Assembly (NCBI GenBank): GCA_951406725.2
Contig: OX597827.1
Span: 53,940,001-54,004,000, forward strand
Direction of reading: 5' to 3'
DNA from: Octopus vulgaris
Lineage: Eukaryota
DNA length: 64,000 bases
Position numbers and translations under genes: made by a program. The notes under the pieces are model-generated. The model saw only the letters and a program-made list of their open reading frames with translations. It was not told the origin of the DNA and made no database searches. Positions 13,180 through 27,190 of the stretch are shown piece by piece; positions within the stretch are counted from its first letter, which is position 1; each line of letters opens with the position of its first letter.

Positions 13180-13744
13180 TTGGGTTGTCGGGAAAGTTCA
13201 TGCCGATTTTTAAAGGAAAGAAAAAGGTCAATAAATACTTGCCATTACATTTTTAATCAACCAAATATGAACCATTTTGTTGCACAATGCATCTCCATCT
13301 TTCCTTTAACTTGAAAGTACCCTCTCCCCAGAATTGAGGTGGTTTCATGGCAAAGAATTCATCAAGGTATCTTTTTATGTTATCCAAGGAATTGAAATTT
13401 TTACCATTAAGACTATTCTGCAGAGACCTGAATAAGTGGAAATCTGAAGGAGCAATATCTGGTGAATATGGAGGGTGGGGTAACACATCCCAGCCGAGCT
13501 GCAGCAATTTTTGTCTGGTTCCCAAAACATCAAGTGCCGAAAATGAACTTTCTTATCTTCCATTTAAAGGGTTACAGAATTAACACAGGTTATAGGAACA
13601 TAAATCTTCTTCTGTGAAAAGATAGCTTAAACTGTGCTCTAAATGGAGGTGTAATCACATCCTATTTTATGGACTCAACTATGTTCTAAAATAAGTTGAA
13701 AGGTAAGCTACTATAAATCGGCACAAACTTTCCAGACAACCCAA
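13180..13744 (-). mobile_element. Internally deleted mariner (565 bp)
   Basis: TIRs TTGGGTTGTCGGGAAAGTTCATGCCGATTT and AAATCGGCACAAACTTTCCAGACAACCCAA with TA TSD in (TATG)n. N-terminus MEDKKVHFRHLM is fused to C-terminal PHPPYSPDIAPSDFHLF. Confidence 0.92.
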
Positions 13745-14374
13745 TATGTATGTATGTATGTATGTATGTATGTTTTGGTCTGTGGTCCATAAGTAAGAAT
13801 ATATCATCATACACTTCATTTATCTATAGCGGTCCGGATGACAGCTGACAAGTAGATGACCTGAGGTAAAGTAATATGTCTTGCTCATAAACAATAAAAT
13901 GTCTTTTGTAGATTTAAACTCACAACCTCAAATTTAACACTTCAATATTTTATCTATTTGACCACATATCACTTATATACAAATTTACCTGACGATATAT
14001 ATGTTCTATTCAAGGTGTCTTTGAAATGTTTTCCAAAATATTTATCATGTCATATAAGACATCTATATATCTTTTGTATAAAACTTGAAATTATGGAAAA
14101 TTATAAACTCATAAAACAAGATATCATCACCATCGTCATCATCATCAATGTCATCAAATCAATCACCACCACCATCACCATCATTGTTATCATTATCATC
14201 ATCATCATAGAAAACCATTACCCTTCTCTCCCTCACCACCACCACCACCACCACCACCACTATCATCATCATCATTATCATCACCATCGTCATTATCATC
14301 ATTATCATTGTCATTATCACCATTATCATCATCATCATTGACATATGGTAATATTGCTCATGCTCAGATGCTAA

Positions 14375-15015
14375 TCTTTTATCTTTTGCTTGTTTCAGCC
14401 ATTAGACTGTGGCCATGCTGGGGCATTACCTTGAAGAATGTTTAGGCAAATGAATTGACCCCAGTACATGTTTTTTCTTTTTCTTTCAGCCTGGTACTAA
14501 TTCTATTGGTCTCTTTGTCAAACAGCTAAGTTACGGGGACATAAACATGCCAACACCAGGTGTCAAACTGTGCTAAAAAAAGACACACTCACACACATAT
14601 ATAATGTGCTTTTTTCAGTTTCCATCTATCAAATCCACTCACAAGGTTTTGGTCAGCTTGAAGCTATAGCAGAAGATGCTTGCCCAAAGTGCCACATAGT
14701 GAGACTGAACCTGGAGAATCATGTGGTTGGGAAGCAAGCTTCTTATTTTTTTTTTTTTTATTGCCCACAAGGGGCTAAATACAGATGGGACAAACAAGGA
14801 CTGACAAAGAGATTATGTCGATTACATCGACCCCCAATGCGTAACTGGTACTTAATTTATCGACCCCGAAAGGATGAAAGGCAAAGTCGACCTCGGCAGA
14901 ATTTGAACTCAGAACGTAGCAGCAGACGAAACACCACTAAGCATTTCGTCTGGCGTGCTAACATTTCTGCCAGCTCACCCCCTTTAAGCTTCTTACCACA
15001 CATCCACACCTGCAC
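14375..15015 (-). mobile_element. SINE S1 with a second SINE family (S2, about 14745-14985) nested in its head
   Basis: S1 head is split at AAGCTTCTTA (present on both sides); the insert reads GGTGAGCTGGCAGAAATGTTAGCACGCC... with an A-rich tail. Confidence 0.75.
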
Positions 15016-16414
15016 CTATTGTACACATTGCTCGTTTGTCTCAGTAGAAGCTCCACCTTCCTGCATGGATCTAGACACTTCCATCTCGCTTATGTACAAG
15101 TATTTATCTTGTTTTACCAATTTTATTAAATATGTTTACATATGCATATTCATATTTATATTACTTATTCATAATAGATAACACAGAACAAATAAAAGCC
15201 ATTGCCCAAAATATTAGAGAAACAGGAATTTAAAATAAAATCCCACATTATAAATCATATAAGTTTCTGTTTCATTTGGCACAAGCCCCAGATTTTTAAG
15301 GGCAAGAAATACATGTTATAATGTTCAAGCTTTTACAAGAATATTTTTAGTATAAATAAAGGGAAATTGTTTCAATGAAAATCATGTGGAAGACTTGGCT
15401 TGCTTGGAATTTTACCATATATTTAGCAGCACTCACCATATTACTAATGTTACTCTTATCTCCATTAGACAAGTTAACAACCAACAAAAGTATCCCGATA
15501 GCTTGACCTTCTAGAAATAGCAGCTATATTTTCTTCAAGCTAATATCTACCATTTAAAAAAAAAGGCAACAAATATGAAACAGAGGTCAATTATGTAACA
15601 GTATGCTTGAAAAGATGTGTTGGCCACAGTAGGAATGGCTATGATTTAATAAAAAAGTTCATTATTGATCAAAAGGTATCCGTGCTGGAGACACATCAAA
15701 GGTACCTGTGCTGGTGACATATAAGAGGCACCCATGCCAGTGATACATAAAAGATACCTGGCATAAAGTGGTTGGCATTAGGAAGGGCATTCAGCCATAG
15801 AAACCAATCCATAACAAACTGAAGTCTGGTGTTGCTCTCTGACTTACCAGTTCCAGTCAAACCAACTAACCTATGTTGGTATGGAAAATGGATGCTAAAT
15901 GATGATGTAGATGGCGATGATCACACAAATTAATAACCAAGACAGATATACGTGTCTCACCTAGAAGAAAGTAATGAATAACTATAAAGCCAAATTTGTA
16001 CATTTGCACCTAAACAATAACCAGTGATGGAAGGAATGGTCAAGGCATCACAATAAAACAACACACTCTTACTTAAGGTTAAACATCATTTTAGAGAAGA
16101 AATTTACATTTGCAATTTCACTCTAATTTAGGGATGCCTGTGATGCTCATGATACCAGTGGGGTGCTTAGCTGTTCTAATGCCTTAGCCTCACCATCACC
16201 CATGGTAATTCTGCAGGCAAGTTGGCTTGCTTCAATAGTTTCCACTGAATCTTAGTGTTGAACTGATATTTTTCTTTTTTTTTCGTTTTCTTTCTTCACT
16301 TATGCTTGTGTTTGCTTCAGTTTTGAACTTGTATTTCAATGTGGTTTTTATATTATATAATTTATCATACACACATGTTATATATGGTTATATAAAATTA
16401 TGAATATCAAGATA

Positions 16415-16830
16415 GGTGTAGGAGTGACTGTGTGGTAAGTAGCTTGCTTACGAACCCCATGGTTCCGGGTTCAGTCCCACTGCATGGCACCTTGGGCAAG
16501 TGTCTTCTACTATAGCCTCGGGCCAACCAAAGCCTTGTGAGTGGATTTGGTAGATGGAAACTGAAAGAAGCCTGTCGTATGTATATATGTATATATATAT
16601 GTATGTGTGTGTATATGTTTGTGTATCTGTGTTTGTCCCCCAACATCACTTGACTACCGATGCTGGTGTGTTTACGTCCTAGTAACTTAGCGGTTCAGCA
16701 AAATAGACCGATAGAATAAGTACTAGACTTACAAAGAATAAGTCCTGGAGTCAATTTGCTCAACTAAAGGTGGTGCTCCAGCATGGCCACAGTCATATGA
16801 CTGAAACAAGTAAAAGCGTAAAAGAGAGTA
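16415..16830 (+). mobile_element. Full-length bipartite tRNA-derived SINE S1
   Basis: Head TGTGTGGTAAG..GGGTTCAGTCCC, central (TA/TG)n, tail ending CAGTCATATGACTGAAACAAGTAAAAG. Further copies at 40355-41115, 49175-49545, 49965-50340 (minus) and 61088-61535. Confidence 0.85.
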
Positions 16831-18099
16831 TAATATAAACCTGTAAAGTAAATAAAGTAAGAAAAGTAAAGAACATGGTTTTTCTTGTTTAGGGATTCCC
16901 AAACTTTTGGTTCAACATCTCCTGGCTCTTATATCTGCTTATCTCCACCTTGTAGCATATATCAATATAAAAATATAATGGGATATAACCTTCAAACAAG
17001 TAACAACAAATTCATCTTCTTAAGAATGTTTTCCTTCATAATGTTGTTTTAAATAATCTCAAATCCCCACCACTGAAAGAATGGTAATATCTAGTCTGTA
17101 ACCACTGACTGGAATCATATTCTTGTGAAAGAGAAAAGAAGTTTCACATGTTTCATAAGGCATATATCTAGGACCAAGAAATGTCATAACAATAAAGGTT
17201 TCAATCAAATATATCATAGACAAAATTGTTTGATCTGCCAGATATAGGAGACAAATCTACTTCAAGCAACATCCTTGTATCTTGAAAAAAAATGCACTCT
17301 GTTTGTGAAAAAAGACAAAAGATGGGATGGTTATGGTCAGAAAGCTTTTGTTCATAGATCTACTTGTTAAAAGTTGACTTGGAGTTCAACATCAATAACA
17401 ATTGAAAAATTGCAATTGTGGCAACATCTCACAAACTTATAATGCATTCCATTATAAATATATACTTCTTTTTCTGCTCTTAACAAAGCGTCCAACCTTC
17501 TCACCTCTAACATGACTCTCCCGCAATTTTTTAAGGCACACACGACAGTTTCAGATGATACTTTATCTGCATCAATTATTGACACTCTAAAAAGGTCATG
17601 GGAGGTCCACAATAGTGTAGCATTTTCATGAGGAAAGTTTTTGCATATACAGGCAGTCATCTAAGACTCAATACAGAAAAGGTCCACAAGGTGGCATAAA
17701 ATCACTCACAGATGTGCTCCAACCTCTGTCCCACTGGTATGCTGTCTTCTCCATCACTGTTATAATGGCCTCTATTCCTTGGATCTGGCTGAGCTCATGC
17801 CATAGTTACTCAAGCATTCCTAACCAACACATCTCTCTTCCTCTCATTACTTTTGTTATATCCAACAATCTCCAGGCCTTGCACTAATCACTGTGCCCAG
17901 TCCTTTCTTCACCAAATACTGGCCTTTTAGGAACCCTTCCATACCCATGTCTTTCCCACAGGTTGACTCACAAGGGTTTAGGAGGACCATTATGGACAGC
18001 ATTCTTATTAGTCTAGGAAGGACTGCTTCATATTTAAATAATCTTTTATCTTTCACTTATTTCATTTAAGCCAAGTACTTTTCCTATCAGTCTCTTTTT

Positions 18100-19160
18100 A
18101 ATAAAATACTACTTTACAAGGACATAGGTAAACCAGCACAGGTTGTCTAGTGGTCTTTCCTTGGTTGTAGTTGGTTAGAAAGTTACCATTGGTTTCATAT
18201 CTACTAAGAGACAGAGACTATGCACTTCGAGCCAAAAGGGATGCTGAATGTCTCTTATCATGGTACCTAAAATTTGAAAGATGGTTGTTATATCTAGATT
18301 TAAATTTTCCTTCTGTGGTCCCAATATAACATTTGATATCTGTATGACCGTTGTCATATCTTGCTGAAACCTGTACTTCATAAACAACAGAAGACATATA
18401 GATTTGTCTCTATATGTGCATCTGGGCAGGCTTGAGTTTTCCAATGCTTATTGATATATGACTTAACATTTGGGAGACAAGAAAACAGCTTATAATGTGT
18501 CTGTTTAACATTTTATTGTATCTATGGGTTTTAGGGAAGTGGATATCTACTAAGTGCAAGAATCTTCTACCTGCATTTGTCCTAACATTAGGGGTGGGGG
18601 GCAAACCGTAAACCTTTCTAAGACCTATTCTTATGCTTAGATGATAAGGGAGTGGGAGTGAGGGTCACAGAAGATTTTTATCAATAAAGTTGTTATTTTG
18701 TAGGGCCTTATAATATGGAGCAGCCTTTTTGAGTGTTTCTTTGGAAGAAGAAAGGTATATGATCCTGCAGCTAATACTTGGAATTAAGTTTTAAAATACA
18801 ATAGGTGGGTGACTGGAGTATTTGTTAATATATTTAAGGTTCTAGTTAGTCTTGTGGAAGGGCCTATAGGAATTAGTTTTGAGAACCAACATCTAAAAAA
18901 TCAGTTGTAGTTAGGTTGGTATTGAAAGATATTTTAAGTCCTAAAGAGTTGAAGGTAGAAATTAATTGCTTTCTAAAGGAATCCATAGCATGGCCATCAT
19001 AATTGTGTGATACTGCTAAAATATTGTCATGCTATATACTGATGCTATGGCTAGGAAATTTTGAATTAACATGGTTTAATATGTATAAGCCAACTAGATC
19101 CCATATATCCATGCTATCATGTGAACCTATTTGGGCATCGTAAAGTTCACTTTGGTTTTT
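18100..19160 (-). mobile_element. Degraded Penelope-like element (RT to GIY-YIG)
   Basis: YDAQIGSHDSMDIWDLVGLYIL, PPTPNVRTNAGRRFLHLVDIHFPKTHRYNKMLNR and CYIGTTEGKFKSRYNNH occur across frameshifts. Confidence 0.85.
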
Positions 19161-19371
19161 TATATTGCTGCACCTCCTATGTGTCCATAGCTCACACCAG
19201 CACATCTTATAGAGTTTTTACCTACACCTTTATATATTTATTATTATATATATTATTATTATATTATATATGTTATATATTAATATACTAATATATATTA
19301 TTATATATATTTAAAATATTTAATGCATCTTATTTATTTATCTGCATAATTGCCTCTATACCCACTCAACT

Positions 19372-19416
<45 letters not shown>

Positions 19417-19423
19417 GCACAGA

Positions 19424-19454
<31 letters not shown>

Positions 19455-19623
19455 GTTTAACGTCCGTTCTCCATGCTAGCATGGGTTGGACGGTTCGACC
19501 GGGGATCTGGGAAGCCAGAAGGCTGCACCAGGCTCCAGTCTTATCTGGCAATGTTTCTACAGCTGGATGCCCTTCCTAATGCCAACCACTCCGTGAGTGT
19601 AGTGGGTGCTTTTTACGTGCCAA

Positions 19624-20390
19624 GAGTATGGTGTCTTGTACATCCACAAAATTTAGTTTACAGTTATATGCAGCATATCATAATGACCTTCACATGTTTC
19701 AGATACAGCAAGTACTCACTGCTGCAAATGCAACCTTGCAATATTGTTGTTGCAGCTGCATCAGGGTCCATCCATTTGGTCATCCTCGAAGTGAACTGAC
19801 TGAAGTAAATTTTTGTTTGTTAGTATTTTTTGAAGGGTGGTGGAGTTGTTATTTATAGGTATGTGCTTCTGACCTCAAATTCACCCCATGAGCTTGATCT
19901 AGAATAGATCTAGAGGGCTTGGTCTAGAATTGGTCAAGTTGGAGATTAGTGTTTTTGTAAGGTTCTTTGTTTGTTTTAATGGTTGTGCGTATTATATTTT
20001 TGATTTCAAGTGTAGTGCTTGTATTGGAGTGTTGTGCATGTAATGAGTGTAGTGCTTGTAGTACCACTATCATGTTCGTTTATATTCATTGTTTGGTTGG
20101 GCTGCTCATGGGGTGAATTTGAGGTCAGCAACACATATTTATAAATAACCCCCCACTCACCACGACCACCACCACACCTCATTCAGAACACTAACAAACA
20201 AAAATTTACTTCAATCAGTTCACTTTGAGTATGACCAAATAGACAGACCCTGATGAAGCTGCAACGGCAATATTGCTAGGTTGCATTTGCAGCAGTGAGT
20301 AGTTGCTGCAACAGAAACACGTGTAGGCCATTATAATAAGCTGAGCATAACTATAAAATAAATCTTGTGAATGTACAAGTCTCCATACTC
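19624..20390. repeat. About 270-bp inverted repeat (19624-19893 / 20104-20390) carrying hammerheads
   Basis: Arms are diverged reverse complements; ORFs 19473..19799 and 20215..20433 share SLLQMQP.NI.VAA.SGS..LVIL.VN. Confidence 0.85.
20246..20329 (+). ncRNA. Type I hammerhead ribozyme (degenerate copy on minus strand at 19685-19768)
   Basis: GACC-CUGAUGA-long stem II-GAAA-CACGUG-UA-GGCC; palindromic minimal stem III, GUA triplet. Confidence 0.7.
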
Positions 20391-20701
20391 CATACTCTTT
20401 ATTAATACCAATTTTTATCTTCCAGCGAAGCATACACAGAATTACCCATTGGAAGAATTTACAGAATGACTAACAACAAATTGTAGTCACAGACGTTAAA
20501 TACTGATGTTGGTATCACATAAAAAACACCCAGTACACTATGTAGAGTGGTTGGCATTAAGAAGGGCATCCAGCCAAAGAAACCATGCCGGAACAGACAA
20601 CGGAGTCTGGTGCTACCCTTAGTCTTACAAGCTCTGCTCAAACTATTCAACCCATGTCAGTATTGAAAACGGACATTAAATGATGATGATGATGATGATG
20701 A

Positions 20702-20740
<39 letters not shown>

Positions 20741-21498
20741 CATACACACACACACATATATTATACATATATATAACAGTAATGTATGTGTGTGTTTGTG
20801 TATGCATGTATATATGCATATTCAATAGAGCAAGTGGTTTTAGCCCTGACATATTGGATTTTGATTGATGAGAATTTTAGTTTCTGTTACTATGGAAACA
20901 ATAATGAGTAAAAAAACGAAAATAATATTCCAAACAAAACTCATGAATAATTTGATTGAGTGAGTTATATAGTAAGTGAAGCATACATTCTGAACTATTT
21001 ATTCATGCAATCTAAACATAATTGTACATGTGTATATGTGTCTACACATTCATATACACATGCACAAAAACACACATGTCACTTTCTGAAAAGTTTCTGA
21101 TATTCTTTCCTGTGGATATTTGGTTGACCATTTCCAATAAACATTACATATCAGCTAGGTTCATCTTTTTGTGCATATATTTAAACAATTTTTATGTGTA
21201 ATACTTATGTAAGTAAGAAAACTTCTCTAAGTAGTTGTTAGAACTGCTAAAAATTGCAGCCAAATTATATTATAATGTCTTGGGGAAGAAAAGGACACAA
21301 AAGATAACATAGTGTGAGACATAAATCAAAATCTAAGAGATAGTCATAACTAAAAAGCCTTTGATCAGAAGCCTGCTCAATAAGAGCTCTATAGTAATTC
21401 AGTTCAGAGTTAAGTGAATGACAAAATCAATAGATTATTTACTCTTTATCTTTTGTTTGTTTCAGTCATTGGACTGTGGCCATGTTGAGTCATCATCT

Positions 21499-21728
21499 TT
21501 AACCCTTTTGTTACTGTATTTATTTTGAGATGCTCTGTGTTTCTTTCAATTATTTTAAATATAACAAAGAATTTAGTAAAATAACATAGTTATCATTCAG
21601 CTAGTGTTAGGAACGTAAATTGTGACTAAGGGTTTGGTGGAAGATTTTAATTCTGAACTTATGAAAACAAGACATTTGTACTACGGAGCCAGAGTCAGTT
21701 TTGGCCGGGTTAGTAACAAAAGGATTAA
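21499..21728. mobile_element. TTAA-flanked piggyBac-type MITE, family B
   Basis: TTAA-CCCTTTTGTTAC ... GTAACAAAAGGA-TTAA; close copy at 59319-59546; inserted in an S1 SINE tail. Confidence 0.85.
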
Positions 21729-21894
21729 GGAATTTCATTAAATACATCAATCCCAGTACGTGTTTCTTTAAGTCTGGTATTTATCCTATCAGTTTCTTTT
21801 GCCAAACTGCTAAGTTATGGAGATGTAATGAAACCAACATTAGCTGTCAAGTGATGGTTGGGGACTAACACAAACACTAAAACACACAGATATA

Positions 21895-22200
21895 TTTGTT
21901 TGTTTCTTCTCAAGCCACGCCTGGCTCATACAGGCCGGTTTCCCGGTTTCCTTGGCGTATAGGTTCCCTACCTGGACGGGACGCCAGTCCGTCGCAGGTG
22001 AGCTGCAAGATGAAGGAGGAGGAAAGAGTGAGAGAAAGTTGAGGCGAAAAAGTCATCAGAAGTTCGCCATTACCTTCTGCCAGAGCCGCATGGAGCTTAG
22101 GTGTTTCGCTCATAAACACACACATCGCCCAGTCTGAGATTCGAACCCGCAGTCCCTTGACTGCAAGTCTGCTGCTCTAACCACTAGGCCATGTGCCTCC
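21895..22200 (-). mobile_element. Full-length tRNA-derived SINE nested in the centre of an S1 SINE (21440-22390)
   Basis: Minus strand GGAGGCACATGGCCTAGTGGTTAGAGC..GGGTTCGAATCTC, (ACAA)n tail; another copy at 38300-38530. Confidence 0.85.
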
Positions 22201-22917
22201 ACACACACAGATATATAGACATATATGATGGGTTGCTTTCAAGTTGCTTCTATCAAATCCACTCACAAGGCTTTGGTCAGCCTGGGATTCCAGTAGAAAA
22301 CACTTGCTCAAGATACTAGGCAGTAGGACTAAACCCAGAACCATGTAGCTGAGAAGCAAACTGCTTACCATACAGCTATGCCTGCACCTATTTCACCAAA
22401 TTCCTTGTAGTATTTACTTACACCAATCACATTTTGTATTCAAATTATTCTAGGCTGACCTTGTTTTTTATTCTTCAGTGGTGGTGTACATGTCAATAAA
22501 ATAAATAAAGGTTATATATTGGGAGGTCAGTCCAGTTAACTATGTTTTGCTTATAAATGTCTTCAGTTTTATGCTAATGCAAGAAACAAACAAACATACT
22601 AATTCGAACACACACACACACACGTGTGTGTGCGTGTGTGTACCTGTTTATGTTGTTATTTCAACTTTTCATCTGTTAACTATTGGAATTTAGTAATATG
22701 TAATTACCTTTAAATGCATTCCGTAGATTCTTGGCTTTATGTATTCGCATATATCAATTTTTATATAATTTCTCCTTTACATTTTTCACTAATTTGATCT
22801 CTCTTTCTCTTCATTCTGTGTGTATGTGTGCATGTGTGTGTGTGTGTGTTCGTGCATGTGTGTGAGTGTGTGTGTGTGTGTGTGTGTGAACGTGTGTGTG
22901 TGTGTGTGCGTGTGCGT

Positions 22918-22979
<62 letters not shown>

Positions 22980-24352
22980 TCTATGAGCTAGTGTAGAGAT
23001 TTTGGTTGCAGATTGAAAGGCACCAGGAATCAACAAGATTCCAACAGTGTGGAAAAGGCAAGATGACAAATTCATGTAAATATCTCAACTAGTTGATGTC
23101 TTCTTCTTCCAGTCAGGACTCACGCCATTAGCCAAAAAGAATAATCTCTAATTCGAGCCTACTCTAAGCTACTAAGAATGCGTGTGGCAACTTGAAGATT
23201 CACCCTAAAATGAAGACCATCACATACTATAAGTAATGCCATTTGTTGATTATTTCACTCTTGTTTCCAACAGTGCAGAGGTCATTGGTGAATATAGAAT
23301 GCTTGAAAATTTACAAGTGAAAGACTTGAGTCCTTTAGCACCTTATTTCTGACTTGACTGATAAAGTGGCAAACCTAACTTCATCTCAGTTGAAGACCAA
23401 GAGCTGATGGGGGAAAGCCACTATATCCAACTGAGTACAGGAAGTAGCAATAGCTGGCTCAGTGACAAATTAGCTAACAGAAAGTCTGAGAGAGTGATTG
23501 TGGATAACAAGCATGTATTATTTCAAGTATAGTATAAAGTATATTGAGCAATAATGTTATCCACCCTACTACACAGTTTGGAGATATGGATGATATATCG
23601 CAAATATATAAAGAAAAAAAAACAGTTTCTATTTATATGATGCTAAGACAAATAAGTATCAAATGAGAAGACAAGTTTAGAAAAATACATATTAAAGAAA
23701 GTCAAGCTTCATAGTAGGGAAGAAATATTGTAAACATTGGAGGGAAAGTAGGGAAGAGTAGGTGACAACTGTAGAGTTAAAGTGTCTACTGGTTTGGTCA
23801 TGTCCAAAAATACAGGAAACTCAAATTACTGAAAAAATATGATAGTTACAGTTTGCTGGTGATTCAAGAAATTAGGGTAAAACTAAATACAAGAATATGA
23901 CTAACATAACACAAGGAAATTGGAAATAGATACATGACCAGAGTTATAGAAGAGAAAAAACAGAAATCAGATCACTTCTAATGCTATCATTTCATGTTTC
24001 ATATGCTGAATCATTGTCAACTAATAATGAACTGGATAAGCTAATGATGATGATAATGACATACGTACATACATACATACATACATACATACATACATAC
24101 ATACATACATACATACATACATACATACATACATACATACATACATACATACATGCATACATGCATACATACATATATACATACATACACATACATGCAC
24201 ATACACACACATACATACATGGGTACATATGTACATACATACATAGATACATACATGCATGCATGCATACATACATACATACATGCATACATGCATACAT
24301 ACATACATATATACATACATGCATACATACATACATACATACATACATAAAA

Positions 24353-25660
24353 CAAGGTGCATTCAGGAAGTTTTGAGACTCTTTTAGGAGAGGCAGTTAT
24401 AATTGCCCTAATTTATTGTAATTTTAGTATATCATTACTATACATCTAATAAGCTGACCTACCAACATTTTTTAAATTCCAGGTTGAAAGGGACAGCTGT
24501 ACCAGCACTTGAACACACCTATTTAATATTGCTTGTCACAGCTGACTAGTTTGCAGGATGCTTTTGGGACATGAAGACGATTTGGAAGCCCACTAGGCAA
24601 AAAAGTTTAAAATGCTACAGTAACTTATGAAATGCTCCAGTCTGCTTATGGATTAATTTATGTGAACTGACCATTTGTGTTTTGTTAAGAGGTTCAAGGA
24701 CAGTAGAGAGGAGATGAGAAATGATGGGAGGTGTAGGAGAGAGAGGAATGTCAAACATCAGAGCTGTTTTAGAAAATTCGCAAATATCTAGACGAAGGAC
24801 ATCGTGTGTCTATAAAGACAATAACCATACAATTTGGAGTTGGTGTGGAAACTGTACATACACTAATTCATGTAGATTTGAAGATGCACAAAATTTGGGC
24901 AAAGTTTGTTCCCAGAGTGCTCAGTGGCAAACAGAAAGAAAAGTGTATTGGTGACAGCAGGGTGACAGTTGAACTCAGTACCTCCAAGCCAAGAATACTT
25001 GAGTCTCTTGCAACAAAAGCTGAATCTACTGTTATGATCCAGAGATCATGGGAATGCTCAAAGGAAGCATTCTGGCTCTCCCAAACTCAAAAAAGGCCAA
25101 GTAAAGCAAGTCCAGAAAGTTCTTGATGATCCCTTGTTTTGACAAGGGCATCATCTATATCTATATTGTCAGATGATCAATATATATCTATATTGTCAGA
25201 TGATCAACAAAGAATACTTTGCAGAGGTTTCAGAGAGTTCAGGAAGAGATTTCACAAGAGGCCAGAGCTCCTCCACTTAGATCAGTGATACCTGCATCAT
25301 GTCAATGCACCAACACACAATTCTATCCTGGTTACCAACTACTTGACAGACATAAGCATCAAACTGTCCCTCAATCTTCCTACAGTCCAGACTTTGCTCT
25401 TAGTGACTTCTGGATGTTCCTTAAGATGAAGGAGAATATCAGGGGCAGTCATTTTGAATACATCGAGAAGATGAATGAGGCTGTGACAAGTGTCCTGAAC
25501 ATCTTCACTTTGGAGGACTTCCATGGGACCTTCACGAAATGGTCGGCGCACTACAAGTGTACTGAGGTCAAAGGCACCTACTTTGAAAGAGATTAGTGTT
25601 TTGTACTTCTCTGAAATTAGTAAATATCTCTCCTAAAAAAGTCTTTTGGAATGCAGCTTT
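24353..25660 (+). mobile_element. Degenerate mariner transposon
   Basis: KIWAKFVPRVLS and SYSPDFALSDFWMFLKMK motifs; weak TIRs AAGGTGCATTC / GAATGCAGCTT. Confidence 0.8.
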
Positions 25661-25679
25661 ATATATATATATATATATA

Positions 25680-27190
25680 ATTTTAATCCAAACGGGAAAC
25701 AAAAAAAACAACAACAAGGGAACAATTACAGTATTATTATTAATAGGCGCTCAGGAAATGGAAGCAGGGAGGTATGACGTTTCGAGCGGAGCTCTTCGTC
25801 GGAAACATAAAGAAGGAAGAGAGAGGAAAGAAAGATCCCGGAGCGGGCAACGGAGATAGAGAAAAAAACGGCTGGTGTTAGCAGTAGCACATGGTGAAAG
25901 GCGGATGTTTACGATAACAAGAGCAAAGTGGGTTTTTAAAGGCAAAAGAGTGGAGACAAGGTTGGTAACGCAACAGATGTGTGTGTATGTGTGAGTGTGT
26001 GCGTGTGCGTGTGTGTATGTGTGTGTGTGAGGCGAGGTAAAAAAACAAAAAATATATGTATGTGTTAGTGTGTGCGTCTGTGTGTAGGCGTGTGAGGTAG
26101 GGCGAGACGGTGGTCAGCATAGCAGCAGCATAGCAGATAAAGGTCAGTAGTGAGAAAAGGGAGGAAGGAGGAAGGGAGGGAGGGGAAGGGGTGGGGGCGT
26201 ATGTAGCGTGCCAGCGTGTGTTGAGTAGTAGTGTGTGTGTGTGTCCAGTGTCGTGGTAGTATTAGTGGCGAGTAGATTGAATGTGTGTAAGAGTGATGTA
26301 TATGTTTAAGCAATGTGTGTATATGTGTGCGCGTGTGTGTAACGAAAAAAAGGGGGGGGGTTAGGAAAAGGACTCCAGCGGAGGGGAAGATGGAAGAGTG
26401 GTCCCGCGGAGACGGGCGTGGGAAAACCCAACGACAAGCGACATCCCAGGAACGGGCGGGAGGTCTCGTCGGGTCCAAGGGCGAGGTGCATGCGGGCGCA
26501 TGCGTGCGCGAACCGGCGCAAACGCGTGTGTGCGCGAGCCTGCGAGTGTGCGCGTACGTATGTGTGCGTGTGGATGTGTGAGTGTGTCTGTGTGTATGTC
26601 TGGGTGGCAGTGTGTCCGATGAATGTATGTGAGTATGTGTGTATATATGTGTGTGCATAGATGTATGTCCGTGTGTGTGTGTGTGTGTGTATGTGTGTAT
26701 GAGTGTGTATGTATGTACGTGTGGGTGTGGGGAAGTGTGTGTATGTGCATGTGTGTGCGCGAACATACAGGTGTGTGAGTGAGTGCGTGTGTGTGTATGT
26801 ATGTGTGAGTGTGTATGTATGTGTGTGTAGGATGCATGTATGTGTATGGGTGTATGTATGCGTGTGTGTATGTATGTATGTGTACGTGCGTGTGTGTGTG
26901 TGTATGCGTGTAGGTGTGCGCGTGTGCATGCGTGCATGTATGTGCGTATGTGTGTGTGTGTGCATGTGTGTGGGTATATATGTGTGTGCGTATATGTGTG
27001 TGTATGTGCGTACATGTGTGTGTGTGTGCATGTGTGTGTGTAGGTGTGTAGGCGTGTGTGTATAGGTGTATGTATGTAAGTATGTATGGGTGTGTCCGTG
27101 TATGTGTGTATGTATGTGTGTGTATGTAGCTGTGTGGGCGTGTGTATATGTGTGTGTATGTAGGTATGTAAATGTATACTCACACATATA
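25680..27190 (-). mobile_element. Probable Penelope pseudo-LTR remnant with long degenerate microsatellite
   Basis: CpG-retaining segment with a minimal hammerhead near its 3' end, preceded by about 1.2 kb of mosaic (AC/AT)n with unique islands; same layout as 29749-33320. Confidence 0.55.
25772..25806 (-). ncRNA. Minimal hammerhead ribozyme variant
   Basis: Minus strand GUUU-CCGACGA-AGAGC UCC GCUC-GAAA-CG-UC-AUAC: U4C core variant, ACGU palindromic stem III, GUC triplet, stem I with one mismatch. Confidence 0.6.

Noticed and set aside
13958-14341. Poly-His ORF (also 51663-51978 poly-Met/Val/Gly/Asp)
   Set aside because: Translations of (CAT/CAC)n trinucleotide microsatellites.
17367-17660. 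97-aa ORF on the minus strand
   Set aside because: No recognisable motif or splice context.
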